Shown here piece after piece: positions 23,171 through 36,137 of a DNA stretch of 64,000 nucleotides; positions within the stretch are counted from its first letter, which is position 1, and every line of letters begins with the position of its first letter. Under the pieces are notes generated by a model. It worked only from the letters and a program-made list of their open reading frames with translations, had not been told where the DNA came from and did not search any database. The DNA comes from Squalus acanthias (taxonomy: Eukaryota): assembly GCA_030390025.1 (NCBI GenBank), contig CM059432.1, positions 70,248,001 through 70,312,000 on the forward strand. The letters run 5' to 3'. The translations under genes were made by a program, and so were the position numbers.

Positions 23171-25562
23171 CCAATAAATAAGAGTTAAGCAAATAAAAAA
23201 AATAAAGGAGCTAATAAACAAATAAACAAGGAGCAGAGCAGAGTAAAAGAGCGGGAACTGGAGCAGTTTAAAAAGGAGACCCTAATTTTAATGTAACTTT
23301 TAATTAATTTTAATTAATTAAATAAATAATTAAAACAAGGTTATAAAGGAATGGCAGTGCAGGAGGTGTGCCTCGACTGCAGCATGTGGGAGTTTGTAGA
23401 GTGCATCGCGCTCCCGGACGACTACATCTGCAGTATCTGCATCTCGAGAAACTTCAGCTCAGAGTTTGTGAGCTGGAGTCCAAGGTGCAGACACTGCGGG
23501 GCATTAGGGAGGGGGAGAGTTATCTGAACACTTTTATCCAGGAGGCAGTCACAGACCTTAGGTTAGGTAGTGGTATAGGTTTGGTTAATGGTCAGGGACA
23601 GGACAGGCAGGTAAGGGGACCCCAAATGCTGGAGGAGCCTTGGCCTTTGCCTTTATCCAACAGGTACAAGGTTCTTGCTGCAAGTGTAAAAGAGGGCAAA
23701 GTCTTCAGGGTGGATGAGCAAACTGACTATGGCACTGTGGTACAGGAGGCCATCCAAGTGGTGGGAGTGAAAAGGAATGTGGTAGTGGTGGGGACAGTAT
23801 AGTCAGGGGTATAGAATAAATGCTGTACTCTGTAGCCACGACCAGGTGTTCGAAGGTTGTGTTGCCTGCCTGGGGCCAGGGCTAAGGACATCTCCTCACA
23901 ACTGGAGAAGAACTTGGAGTGGGAGGGGGAGGATCCAGTTGTCAAGGTCCACGTAGGAACCAACAACATAGGTAGAACTAGTAATGAGGTTTTGCTGAGA
24001 GTTTGATGAGCTAGGGTCAAAATTAAAAAGCAGAATGTTACCTGAGCCATGCGCAAATTGGCATTGGGTCAAACAGATTAGAGGTTTAAATATGTGGCTC
24101 AAAGAGCGGTGTGGGAGGAGGGGGTTTCAGTTCATGGGCACTGGCACCAGTACTGGGGAAAGAGGGAGTTGTTTCGTTGGGACGGGCTCCACTTAAACCG
24201 GGCTGGGACCAGTGTCCTGGTGAATCGAATGACTAGGGCAGTGGATAGGGCTTAAACTAATGAAAGGGGCGGGTGCGATGATTCAGGAAAGGGTAAATTC
24301 AAAAGCAGTAAGAGAAAAGTCAAGGCTGTAGAGTAGAGTAGCGATTTGGGTAAAAATAAGCAGAGTAGTCAGAAAGGGACAGAGAGCTTAACAAACGTAA
24401 TAGAGCATTAGAGACTCAGGTGACGTCATGGAAAATAGAAAAAAGTTAAAGCACTGTATATGAATGCGTGAAGCATTCACAACAAAATAGATGAATTAAT
24501 AGCACAAATAGAAATAAATGGGTTTGATCTAATAGACATTATAGAGACGTGGTTGCAGAGTGACCAAGGTTGGGAACTAAATATTCCAGGATACTTGACT
24601 TTTAGAAGAGATAGGCAAAATGGAAAAGGTGGGCGGGGGGGGGGGGTATAGCTTGGAAAATCAAGATGTAGAATCAGTTTGGGTGGTGCTAAGAAACAAC
24701 AAGTAGCAGAAAATATTGGTGGGAACAGTTTATAGGCCCCCTAACAGTAGTTGTTGGGTCACGCAGTGTATAAATCAAGAAATTAGAGGTACATGTAACA
24801 AGAGTAATACAGTAATCATGGGGGATTTTAATCTTCATATAGACTGGGCAAACCAAATTTGCAGTAATAGTGAGGAGGACGAGTTCATTGAATGTATTTA
24901 AGATAGTTTTCTAGATCATTATTTCGAGGAGCCAACTAAGGAACAGGTTATTTTAGATCTAGTATTGTGCAATGAGAAACAGTTAATTAATAACCTTGTA
25001 GTAAAGCAGCCTCTGGGGAAGAGTGATCATAATATGATAGAATTTTATATTGAGTTTGAGAGTGATTTAGTTAAATCTGAAATTCGGGTCTTAAATCTGA
25101 ACAAAGCAAACTAAGTAAGTATGAGGGGCGAGTTGGCTCAGGTAAATTGGGAAGCTAGATTAAAAGATATGATGGTAGATAAGCAATGGCAAACATTCAA
25201 AGAACTAATTTATAATTCGCAATGAATATACATTCCCCTAAGGAATAAAAAGCCTACAGGATTAGTAGTCCAACTGTGGCGAACAAGAGGAATTAAAGAT
25301 AGTATTAGATTAAAGGAAGAGGCTTATAATGTTGCCAAAAAAAGTAGTAAGCCTGATGATTGGGAGGATTTTAGAATTAAGCAAAGGATGACCAAGAAAT
25401 TGATTTTAAAAAAGAGAAAAGAGAATATGAGAGTGTGAAAGCTTCTATAGATATGTAAAAAGGAAGAGAATAGCAAAAATAAATGTGGGTCCCTTAGAGG
25501 CAGAGACAGGAGATATTATGATGGGGAATAAGAAAATGGCAGAGACATTAAACAAATACTTT

Positions 25563-27274
25563 GGGGGGAATTTTTTGGGGGGTCAGCGTGCACGTTCGGT
25601 GGTGGGTCAGGTGGGGTAAAAACATTTTTTGACAGCGGGTCGGGACCCCACTGTCAACTCACCGCCACGCGACTTTCCCAGATGTCGTGTCTGTCAAGGC
25701 TGAACAGACCCAACACACAGTGGCGGGGGAGGCAACTCAGGTCATTATGATCTTGTTAACAACCCATTAAAAAGTATTTTGAGCTTACCTTACCATTTTA
25801 CGAGGTTGCCCATGGGGTTCACACTGCTCGGGGATCATGTCAGGGAAGGAGGTCAGGAGTTGTATGACCATGGGATCATCTCATTACTTGACAGCTGCAA
25901 ATGTGCTATAAAAGCTCCCATCTCATAGCTGTTCACTTTCCAAGCTCATAAGCTGTTGCTTACCGCATTTGGAAGACAGATTGAGCTTTATGCAGGTTGC
26001 AAGTGTTTGGAGCAAACTCTCTATCCAGTGTCACCTCATTGGAACAACCTCTCTCACCATTGACAGATCACTTCTGTCATCTCAAGTTCACCTGCCATCT
26101 ATTACATCAGCATGGGTGCCCTTGAAACTATCTCACCTTGGTTCTCACAATCCCACCATGATCAGCCCCAACACCAGCAGCACTAACAACAACACCAATC
26201 TTCTCTGCAATCAACTGATGCTGCACAGGACAGAGGGTATCAGCACCCGACCACATTGCTGCCCGGGAGGCCAGGGATGACCTCACCATGAACAGATTTA
26301 CTTCACTTGAAGCTGTACACTCTGGCAACCACATGATGTGCCAGGTTAGTACTACCCCACACCAACACCATAAAGCATCCCCACAATGCCCAAGCCATTC
26401 CTTTCACACTCATCACCATTGCGGGGAGTACCGTTATGTCTCACCATTCACTGCAACTCACTAAGCCACTTCCAAAGGTGTACACAGATCTGTCCAAGAA
26501 GGCAAAGTATTGAAAATAAAGGTTTCAATGTTTGACACTACATTAACAGAAACTTTGCATGAACATTGGCTAAAACACCCAAGTGCCTACCCTTGTGTGT
26601 TGTTAGTTGGTATGATTGGACTAAGATGAGGGTAAGTGTGAGGGGTGGCTAGTGAGATGGGGAAGTGATAATGTAGATAGAGAGGGATGGGTGGAGGTGC
26701 AAGGTAAGTTGGTGTGAGTAAAGATGTGCAGGAGTAGGGTAGGGTAGGGTAGTGGCACAGCAGGTTGAGGTTGAGTGTGGCTTTGCAGTAACGTTTCGTG
26801 ATTTACTGAGATCATTGAAAGGTTTGCGCCACTGCAGCCTGGTCCTCCTGACAACATCCCTGCTTGTGTCCTCCTGTGCAATGTGCAACCAGGCTGAGTT
26901 GATCTCCTGGGGAGGTCTCTTCCACCCATGGGAAGGGAAGAGAACCTCCCTGCATGGGAGAGCCTGGGTGCAGCCGTGCACCTCTGTGCAGTGCTTGTCA
27001 GTGTTTGCAGGACCTCAATGCTGTAGAACACTAACAGCACAACTGTCAAAATCAATTTGCGCATGGTCCCTTTAAGGAAACCGACTGATGACACGTCATC
27101 AAATGACGTCACAGTTCCGCTTCCTTCAATTGGCTGGCAAACGCACTGGGCGGGCTTAACAAGCCCAATCAATGTAAAATCATTCTACACAGCGGGCTGG
27201 AGCCAGCAGTGGGGTCGGCACCCACCACCGACATCGCCCGCCACGGACCCGCCGAGGTAGGGGAAATCGCGACC
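25563..27274. mobile_element. Internally deleted Harbinger transposon inserted in CR1 ORF2
   Basis: TSD TTT at 25560-25562 and 27275-27277; removing the element restores CR1 aacaaatactttgtatctatcttc. It contains a transposase tail remnant (cacattgctgcccgggaggccagggatgacctcaccatgaacagattt, cf. 374-421) and a minus-strand Myb remnant EVLFPSHGWKRPPQEINSAWLHIAQEDTSRDVVRRTRLQWRKPFNDL. Confidence 0.88.
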
Positions 27275-28975
27275 TTTGTATCTATCTTCATGGTAGAAGA
27301 CAAAAAATAACATTCCATCAATAGTGGGGAACCAAGGGTCTAACGAGAATGAGGAACTTAAAGAAATTAGTATTGGTAAAGAAATTATACTGGAGAAATT
27401 AATGGGACTAAAAGTCGACAAATCCCCCAGACCTGAGGTAGCTACATGGATAGTGGAAGCATTGGTTTTGATCTTCCAGAATTCTATAGATTCTAGAACG
27501 GTCCCCATGGATTGGAAGGTAGCAAATGTAACCCCGCTATTCAAGAAAGGAGGGAGAGAGAAAACAGGGAACTATAGACCAGTTAGCTTGACATCAGTAG
27601 TAGGGAAAATGCTAGAATCTCTTTTTAGGGATGTGGTAACAGGGCACTTAGAAAATCATTATATGATAAGGCAGAGTCAGCATGGAGTTATGAAAGGGAA
27701 ATCGTGTTTGACAAATCTATTAGAGTTTTTTAAGGTTGTAAGTAGCAGGGTAGGTAAGGGGGATTCAGTGGATGTGGTGTATTTGCATTTTCAAAAAGCA
27801 TTCGATAAGGTGCCACACAAGAGGTTATTACACAAAATTAGGACGCATGGGATTGGGGTAATATATTAGCATGGATTGAGGATTGGTTAATGGACAGAAA
27901 ACAGAGAGTAGGAATAAACAAGTCATTTTCGGGTTGGCAGGCTGTAACTAGTGGGGTACCTCAAGGATCAGTGCTTTGTCCTCAGCTATTTACAATCTAT
28001 ATCAATGACTTAGATGAGGGGACCAAGTGTAATGTATCCAAGTTTGCTGACAATACAAAGTTAGGTTGGAAAATAAGCTGTGAGGAGGACACAAAGAGGC
28101 TGCAAAGGGATATAGACAAGTTAAGTAAGTGGGCAAGAGCATGGCAGATGGAATATAATGTGGAGAAAAATGAAGTTATCCACTTTGGTACGAAAAAAAG
28201 AAAAGCAAAATATTTTTTAAATGGTGAGAGACTGTTAGTATTTAGAGGGGCCTGGGTGTCCTTGTACATGAATCACAGAAAGTTAACATGCAGGTACAGC
28301 AAGTAATTAGGAAAGCAAATGGTATGTTAGCCTTTATTATAAAGGGATTGGAGTATAAGAGTAAAGTCTGACTACAATTATATAGGGCCTTGGTGAGACC
28401 ACATCTGGAGTACTGTGTACAGTTTTGGCCTCCTTACCTAAGGAAGGATATACTTGCCTTAGATGGAGTACAATGAAGATTCACTAGATTGATCCCTAGG
28501 ATGAGAGGGTTGTCCTATGAGGAGAGATTGAATAGACTAGGCCTATATTCCCTGGAGTTTAGAATAATGAAAGTTGATTTTAATGAACATATAAAATTCT
28601 TAAAGGGCTTGACAGGGTAGATACAGGGAGGATGTTTTCCCTGGCTGGGGATTCTAGAACTAGAGGGTCACAGTCTCAGAATAAGGGGTCGGCCATTTAG
28701 GACTGAGATGAGGAGAATTTTTTTCACTCAAAGGCTTATGAATCTTTGGAATTCTCTACCCTCGAGAGCTGTGGATGCTCAGTCATTAAGTATATTCAAG
28801 GCTGAGATAGATAGATTTTTGGACTCTAGAGGAATCAAGGGATATAGAGATCGGGCGGGAAAGTGGAGTTGAGGTCGAAGATCAGCCATGATCTTATTGA
28901 ATAGTGAAGCAGGCTCGAGGGGCCATATGGCCTACTCCTGCTACTAATTCTTATGTTCTTACTTATGTTCTTATG

Positions 28976-30062
28976 TTGAGTATATTTAAGACAGAAATCA
29001 ATAGATTTTTGGATACTAAGGGGGAAAAATTCAGTTGGTTGCGCCTCCCGTTAGCGCCTTAAGAGGGCGCTAATGGGGCGCAAAGCATCTAGCGCCCAGG
29101 CACGGCGAAGTTTGCGCCGCTCGTGAAATTAACGAGACATTTTGCGGCAGCGCTAAACACTACCGCCACGATCTCCTGTGCCGGCAGATCATGACGTCAC
29201 TCGAGTGCACAACGCCCCGGTATCGCCCCGGAGCGGATATTGAGTGGCGCCCCCTGCCTTACCGCCTGACGCTAGCAATGACAGGTTGAGGGGAGCGTTC
29301 TGCAGTCATGAAGGGAAAGGGGGAGCGCTATTTAAAGGTGTCCGCTTCCTGCCTTTTATTGTTGGTGCCATTTTTGAACTACGCATTCTGAGAGAGAGAG
29401 GGAGAGACTTCTGGAGAGATTCAACGTTGTGTGAAGGAGTTTTGGGTACTGAGCAGCACTTTGCAGGTTCATTTTGATTTGCCATTCCTTGTATCGATTT
29501 AGCAGAGACTGTGGGGGCTGCACTCTGAGCTCTTTGCTTGGTACTCTCCATTGTTCTTTCCAGCACATTTGATGTGCAGGTCTCTCCAGGCCGAGATTCA
29601 AGGCTGCAATGAGCAGGATGTGGATGGAAAGCAAGATTAACCATCCCCTTTAAGAACTGGCCCGTGCCATTGTGTGTGTGTTCCATTGCTGACTGACATT
29701 ACATGAGCTTCGCCAGCGCTCTGAGGTAGCGCCTCGCTCCTCGGCATTTGCGCCTTAAGACAGGTGTGAAGCGCCTGATATAGCGCTGCAATCACCTCCA
29801 GGGGCGATAAAAGTCAAGTTTGCAGTCGGTGGCGATAATTAGCGCCAGGCACTAATCTTTGCGCCCGGCCGATAATTGCTGCCCAAATGGGGCGATACTG
29901 AATTTCTCCCCCTAAGGGAATTAAGGGATATGGGGATAGTGTGGGAAGGTGGAGTTGAGGTAAAAGATCAGCCATGATCTTATTGAATGGCAGAGCAGGC
30001 TCGAAGGGCCGAATTGCCTACTCCTGCTCCTATTTCTTATGTTCTTACTTATGTTCCTATGT
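28976..30062 (+). mobile_element. Second short CR1 3' end, split by a MITE
   Basis: gagtatatttaagacagaaatcaatagatttttggatactaa|gggaattaagggatatgggg...gatcagccatgatcttattgaatggcagagcaggctcgaagggccgaattgcctactcctgctcc followed by the tail. Confidence 0.85.
29020..29912. mobile_element. GC-rich Harbinger-type MITE
   Basis: TIR GGGGGAAAAATTCAGT / ACTGAATTTCTCCCCC (15/16 match), canonical TSD TAA at 29017-29019 and 29913-29915, and subterminal TAGCGCC repeats as in 3229-3976. Confidence 0.9.
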
Positions 30063-30164
30063 TAGCTTATGTTGTTGGGCCTGTTAGAGGCCCTTTAGGA
30101 TGACTTACCTGTATTGGGTTCTCAGACTAATGAGTCTATAGATTGTTTAAAATAACTTTTTGGG

Positions 30165-30420
30165 GGCTTTCCTGATGGCCCAGTTAGTAAGAGCACTGTC
30201 TAGTGTGGAACTAAGTCGTGCAGATCTCAGTTCTATGTTGAGTAGCAGATCTTATGCTGGGTGGCAGTAGTGCTTCACTTGGCCTCAGCACCTAAGGCTG
30301 AGGTGAGATAAATGAACTAGGGTTCCACCTCCCGATCATTATCCAGTGACACCTATTAGAAAGTGTGTTTGTGGATGTCAGACGAGGACAGGATTGGGTT
30401 TAGCTGTGCTCAATGCTCAT
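30165..30420 (+). mobile_element. Old tRNA-derived SINE-like element
   Basis: A-box-like tggcccagttagtaagagcact head followed by a degenerate body. Family not identified. Confidence 0.35.
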
Positions 30421-31062
30421 CATCCACCACCTTCCCCCCCCCCCCCCCCACCCACACACCCCACCAAGGACAATCAAACAGCTTATTAAGGTCCACACTG
30501 TGGTGAGATATTGGAGAGCAATTGGTGTCCATGAAACCATAACCCAGCACAAACAAGCACCGTTAGGAGAGATAGAAAATTAGAGTGACAGATTTTTTTT
30601 AAGGCTTCATTGTGGTAGCTTCCTTTTCCTTCTTTACTTATCTATTCACTTTCTGGAACAATAATCACAGCTACAATATGTACAGTAATATCATAGAAAT
30701 AACTTAATATGTATTTAAAAAGAATTGAACTGAAACTTAAAAAGGAGCTATATAAATTACATAGCTGGCAAATTGAACCAAATGTCCAGTTCAGGTTGCC
30801 AGTGGCCACAGTACTGTGCTGGTTATGAATTCTTTGCAGTTGGTAAAACCCAGTTCAGAACACTGTCAGTAATGCTTCAGCAGAATAACGAACAATAAAG
30901 CACTTTTTAGTACAGTATTTAGTTCATTAACTGGATAACTGGTTAGCATTGGTTGAACACTAAAATGTAAATAAGCTGGTGCCCATTCGGCGTGACTTTA
31001 AACAATTTTTGTCACAGTGTAATGTGTCCAGATATTCATTGTAATTACCACTGGAACATCTT

Positions 31063-32018
31063 AGTTTATAAATTCAGTTCCCATAACCCCAGTTGAAGTT
31101 ATACCATCCGATCGCAAAAACCCCTGAGGAATTTCCCAATGAAAGAATAATGGCCGGGAAATTCCCTACCTTAGCACCAACCGTTAACGCCGTATTTCTT
31201 CAAAAAATGGCAGCCGCCTCATTTCCACCCGCTTCCGGCGCGGAACACGGCCGCCGCCATTTTGGAGAAGTCAATAGCGCTGCCGTTGCCAGTGCTCACC
31301 TCTCAAATGTAAATGTGCAGATTGTGATGTCAATCGGCATGCAATGCCGGAAGAATGTGCATGCAGCAGTACTGCAGAGATGCAGTTAGTGCTTCTTAAA
31401 GGGACACACACATCTTTCAGGTAAGTTTTGATTTCCGCTTGTGGAGTTTTTTTAATATTTTGTTGAAGTAGTGGCTTGGTACAATACATATTAAAAGTTG
31501 TTAAAGTGCACAGGGAGTGCTGCTAGATGCTTGCAAGGCTTTGGATGTTAAAGAAGGCCTCTAAGAAGACAGAAAATGCTGGAAATACGCAGCAGGTCAG
31601 GCAGCATCTGTGGAGAGAGAAACAGAGTTATGTTTCAGGTCGATGACTTGTTTGGAATGATTTTTAATGTTTTCTTTTCAGAAGGCAGTTGAGCTCTAAG
31701 GGATAGAGACTACCTATTTTTGAATGATTTTTAATTTTTTTTCAAGCGGCAGTTCCCCTTTAAGGGCTCAAGACTGCTTTTGAATCTGACAGCCTTACTT
31801 TAAGAAAAGGCAGCTTCGCTACAGGGACGCTACATTGGGCTTCCTGCTGAGCGTACAGCCTGAAACAGCGCAATGGTCGCTCGGCTGTGTGCTGAAATCA
31901 TTCAAATCAGCAGGCAACACCAAAATAATGGTGCTGCCTGTGACTTTTTTATGGGCGCGAGCAAATATTGCGCTGCGGTGGCAACGCCCTTTATCAGGCC
32001 TTATCGAATTTCTAAGCC
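31063..32018. mobile_element. Degenerate Harbinger-type MITE with a small inserted repeat (~31565-31650)
   Basis: Right end gaatttctaagcc versus left agtttataaattc, with CpG-rich subterminal regions. The insert acagaaaatgctggaaatacgcagcaggtcaggcagcatctgtggagagaga has a partial reverse-complement copy at ~59830-59875. Confidence 0.45.
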
Positions 32019-32028
32019 AATAACTCTT

Positions 32029-33139
32029 CTGCCTCTTAGACTTTCTAATCCCCCTGTTTATAGCTTTGCTATATTCTTTATATTTGACCTGGCTTTCAGT
32101 TTTATTACCTGCCATGTAAGTGTTACATATGTCAGATCATTGATACAGAAGAAAGCTGGGGCGGGCAGACTGGTGAGCTCACACAAAATAAACAGGTAGC
32201 CAATGTCAAACAGACACAATTTTTCTCAGTAATATAGATATCCTACTTAGTTATTTCCAGATTTTCTAGTCATAAGACCAGAGTCACAGAGGTTTACAGC
32301 ACAGAATGAGGCCATTTGGAAGCAGCCTTTTTGCACCAATCATGTTTTCATAAAGAAGGTGGATATTGGGTTTGCATTCATATAGCAAAGGCAAAAGACT
32401 TCCTGTTTGTTTTATAATAATGTTTTAGTACTCACAACCAATTTTACAACTTTTATTTTAAGTTACATATTAAAGTTAAAGTTAACTATGAGCAATTACC
32501 ATCACAGGGACTTGCCATACAGATCCTCTATGCCAGTGAGGATAAAAAGTCTTACGTTACTGCAGCTCTTCATTTAAAGGGTGCCTCTGGGGAGATCCAA
32601 TTTTAAAAACTGTCATTTAAAAAAAAAATAGCTGGCATAAAATCGATCTGAATGTGTAGCAGACATTCATGTACAGCAGGGCAAAGATTAATAAGGATTT
32701 TTGATTAATAATTCTACAGAGTGTAACTTTAACCGTCAGATCACGAATAAACATTTGAAGCAGAGGAAGTTATGTGGCTATGGGAAGGAATTACTTTTGA
32801 TTTGCTGTAGTAAAGAGCCAGCATAGGTATCATGGGCCAAATTGCCTCATTCTGTGCTGTAAACCTCTGTGACGCTATGGTCTTATGACTAGAAAATTTG
32901 GAAAGAACTAAGTAGGATATCTACAAAAGCAAAATACTGCGGATATCTATATTACTGAGAAAAATTGTGTCTGTTTGACATTGGCTACCTGTCTATTTTG
33001 TGTGAGTTCACCAGTCTGCCCGCCCCAGATGTATCAATGATCTGACACTTACATGGCAGATAATAAAACTGAAAGCCAGGTCAAATATAAAGAATATGGG
33101 AAAGCTATAAACAGGGGGATTAGAAAGTCTAAGAGGCAG
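32029..33139. repeat. Inverted duplication of about 290 bp (32029-32319 versus 32837-33139)
   Basis: ctgcctcttagactttctaatccccctgtttatagc...acagcacagaatgaggccatttgg is the reverse complement of ccaaattgcctcattctgtgctgt...ggggattagaaagtctaagaggcag, with a few indels. Confidence 0.92.
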
Positions 33140-33928
33140 TATTGGAGAAAATGAGCAAAAAACATAAAAGGGCAATAAAAATCATTTTTATGGACACATT
33201 AGTATAAAAGGATAGTCAAGTTAGAGGGTAGAGCTACTAAGAGAAGGCAAACTTGTAGTGGAGAGTGATGGGTTGGCAGAGATACTAAATACATATTTTG
33301 CCTCTATTTTTATAAAGAAGGTGGATATTGGGGTTCCAGAAGCACCAGAAATCCACTGGCATATTGTGTTTACTTTTGTGCCAAAATGCTACTGAGGTTC
33401 TCAAAATCGTTAATGAATGTTTATCTTACCACTGAAATGAACACAACATTTTGGAAAATGTGATCCCCTGATACAACCTATGGTTAAAAATAGAATCACT
33501 TTTAAAATGAAGTCTGAACAAACAAATGCCACTCGACAGGTGTGTCATCGTTGTAAATGTTTCAACTCGTTTTAACACCAATTTACCCAATGACTACAGA
33601 ATGTTGTCCCACTATTTTCTGCATTTCCAAGTTCTACTAAAATTGTTAAAGACCTTTCAGACCCTCAAGGTTTGCAGGTGGGATCAGTATTGCTGGATTT
33701 CATTATTTTGCTGTTTTTTTTAATTTTTGTAAATGCAGCTGACTTTTACAAATCGAGAGTAGAAGAGAGTGAGGGAGAATTACTTGGGCACCAGGTTCAT
33801 AAGAAAGGGCTCGATAACCCAACTTTTCCAGATACTGAATGACCTGCTATAAATTTCTGTTTTCTTTTTTGATGACTTGGCAAACCTTTTTCTGGGGATG
33901 AAAAGAACCAAAAGAACGGCAATGAACA

Positions 33929-36137
33929 ATGGAGAGGGATAGGGCCATACGGCAGGGCAGGGTTTATAATTGGGGGAGGGGTAATTATGATGCGATTAGG
34001 CAAGAATTAGGGAGTATAAGATGGGAACAGAAACTATCAGGGAAAGGCACAAACGAAAAGTGGAGCTTTTTCATGGAGCAATTACTGCGTGTCCTTGATA
34101 GGTATGTCCCTGTCAGGCAGGGAGGAAATGGCCGAGTGAGAGAACCATGGTTCACAAAAGAGGTTGAATGTCTAGTCAAGAGGAAAAAGGAAGCGTATGT
34201 AAGGATGAGAAAACAAGGTTCAGTTGGGTCGATTGAGGGGTACAAGGTAGCAAGGAATGAGCTAAAAAAAGAGCTTAGGAGAGCTAGGAGGGGGCATGAG
34301 AAGTCCTTGGCGGGTCGGATCAAGAAAAATCCCAAGGCTTTTTACTCTTATGTGAGAAATAAAAGAATGACCAGGGTGAGGGTAGGGCCGGTCAAGGACA
34401 GTAGTGGGAACTTGTGCATGGAGTCAGAAGAGATAGGAGAGGTGATGAATGAATACTTTTCGTCAGTGTTCACCGAGGAGAGGGGCCATGTTCTTGAGGA
34501 TGAGAGTGTGATAAAGGTGGATAGGCTGGAGGTGGTAGATGTTCTGAGGGAAGATGTTTTAGCAATTTTGAAGAACCTGAGGGTCGATAAGTCCCCTGGG
34601 CCAGATGGGATATATCCTAGGATTCTTTGGGAGGCAAGGGAGGAGATTGCAGAGCCTCTGGCTTTGATCTTTGGGTCCTCACTGTCCACGGGGATGGTGC
34701 CAGAGGACTGGAGAGTGGCGAATGTTGTTCCTCTCTTCAAGAAAGGAAATAGGAATGACCCTGGTAATTATAGGCCGGTTAGTCTTACTTCGGTGGTTGG
34801 TAAGATAATGGAAAAGGTCCTGAGGGATAGGATTTATGACCATTTGGAAAGGGGCAACTTAATCAGGGATAGTCAACACGGATTCGTGAAGGGTAAGTCT
34901 TGCCTAACAAATTTGATTGAATTCTTTGAGGAGGTAACTAAGTGTGTAGATGAAGGTAGAGCAGTTGATGTCGTATACATGGATTTCAGTAAGGCGTTTG
35001 ATAAGGTTCCCCATGGTCGTCTCATGAAGAAAGTAAGGAGTTGTGGGATAGAGGGAAATTTGGCCGATTGGATAAGTAACTGGCTAACTCATAGAAGGCA
35101 GAGGGTGGTGGTGGATGGAACATTTTTGGACTGGAGACCAGTTACCAGCGGTGTGCCACAGGGGTCGGTGCTGGGTCCTCTGCTGTTTGTGATTTTTATC
35201 AATGACTTGGAGGAGGGGACTGAAGGGTGGATCAGTAAATTTGCTGATGACACCAAGATTGGTGGAGTAGTGGATGAGGTGGAGGGCAGTTGTAGGCTGC
35301 AAAGAGACATTGATAGGATGCAGAGCTGGGCCGAAAAATGGCAGATGGAATTTAACCCTGATAAGTGCGAGGTGATTCATTTTGGTAGGGCAAATTTGAA
35401 TAAGGATTACAGGGTCAACGGCAGGGTTCTGAGGAACGTGGAGGAGCAGAGGGATCTGGGGGTTCATATCCACAGATCTCTGAAGGTTGCCACTCAAGTG
35501 GATAGAGCAGTAAAGAAGGCCTATGGTGTGTTAGCGTTTATTAACAGAGGGTTTGAGTTTAAGAACCGTGAGGTTATGCTGCAACTGTACAGGACCTTGG
35601 TGAGACCACATTTGGAATATTGTGTGCAGTTCTGGTCACCTCACTATAGGAAGGACGTAGAAGCATTGGAAAGAGTGCAAAGGAGATTTACCAGGATGCT
35701 GCCTAGTTTGGGGGGGAGGTCTTATGAGGAAAGATTGAGGGAGTTGGGGCTTTTCTCTTTAGAGCGGAGGAGGATGAGAGGCGACTTAATAGAGGTTTAT
35801 AAGATGATGAGGGGGATAGATAGAGTGGATGTTCAGAGACTATTTCCTCGGGTAGAGGCAGCTGTTACAAGGGGGCATAACTATAAGGTGCATGGGGGGA
35901 GATATAGAAGGGATGTCCGAGGTAGATTCTTTACTCAGAGAGTGGTTGGGGTGTGGAATGGACTGCCTGCTGTGATAGTGGAGTCGGACACTTTAGGAAC
36001 TTTCAAGCGGTTATTGGATAAGCACATGGAGCACACCAGAGTGATAGGGAGTGTGATAGCTTGATCTTGGTCTCGGACAATGCTCGGCACAACATCGAGG
36101 GCCGAAGGGCCTGTACTGTGCTGTACTGTTCTATGTT
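33929..36137 (+). mobile_element. Young 5'-truncated CR1 LINE with open 711-aa ORF2 (RT domain, no endonuclease)
   Basis: KSPGPDGIYPRIL, NYRPVSLTSVVGK, QHGFVKGKSCLTNL, YMDFSKAFDKVPH, SGVPQGSVLGP, KFADDTK with no stops over 33929-36064. 3' tail ctgtactgttctatgtt; possible short TSD aacaa at 33925-33929 and 36138-36142. Confidence 0.95.

Larger units (their letters stand above)
22160..28975 (+). mobile_element. Near full-length decayed CR1 LINE (5' UTR, ORF1 zinc finger plus SGNH esterase, ORF2 APE plus RT)
   Basis: ORF1 from ATG 23351: MAVQEVCLDCSMWEF...CCLPGARAKDI...VHVGTNNIG...DGLHLN. ORF2 from ~24440: YMNA*SIHNKIDEL, VYRPPNS, IMGDFN, SDHN, NYRPVSLTSVVGK, SGVPQGSVL, KFADNTKL. Many stops and frameshifts; (ttcttatg)n tail at ~28950-28975. 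Confidence 0.92.

Noticed and set aside
31565..31650. Possible additional hammerhead in the small inserted repeat
   Set aside because: The minus strand shows only gtcatcgacctgaaac; the CUGANGA half is missing, so there is no complete motif.
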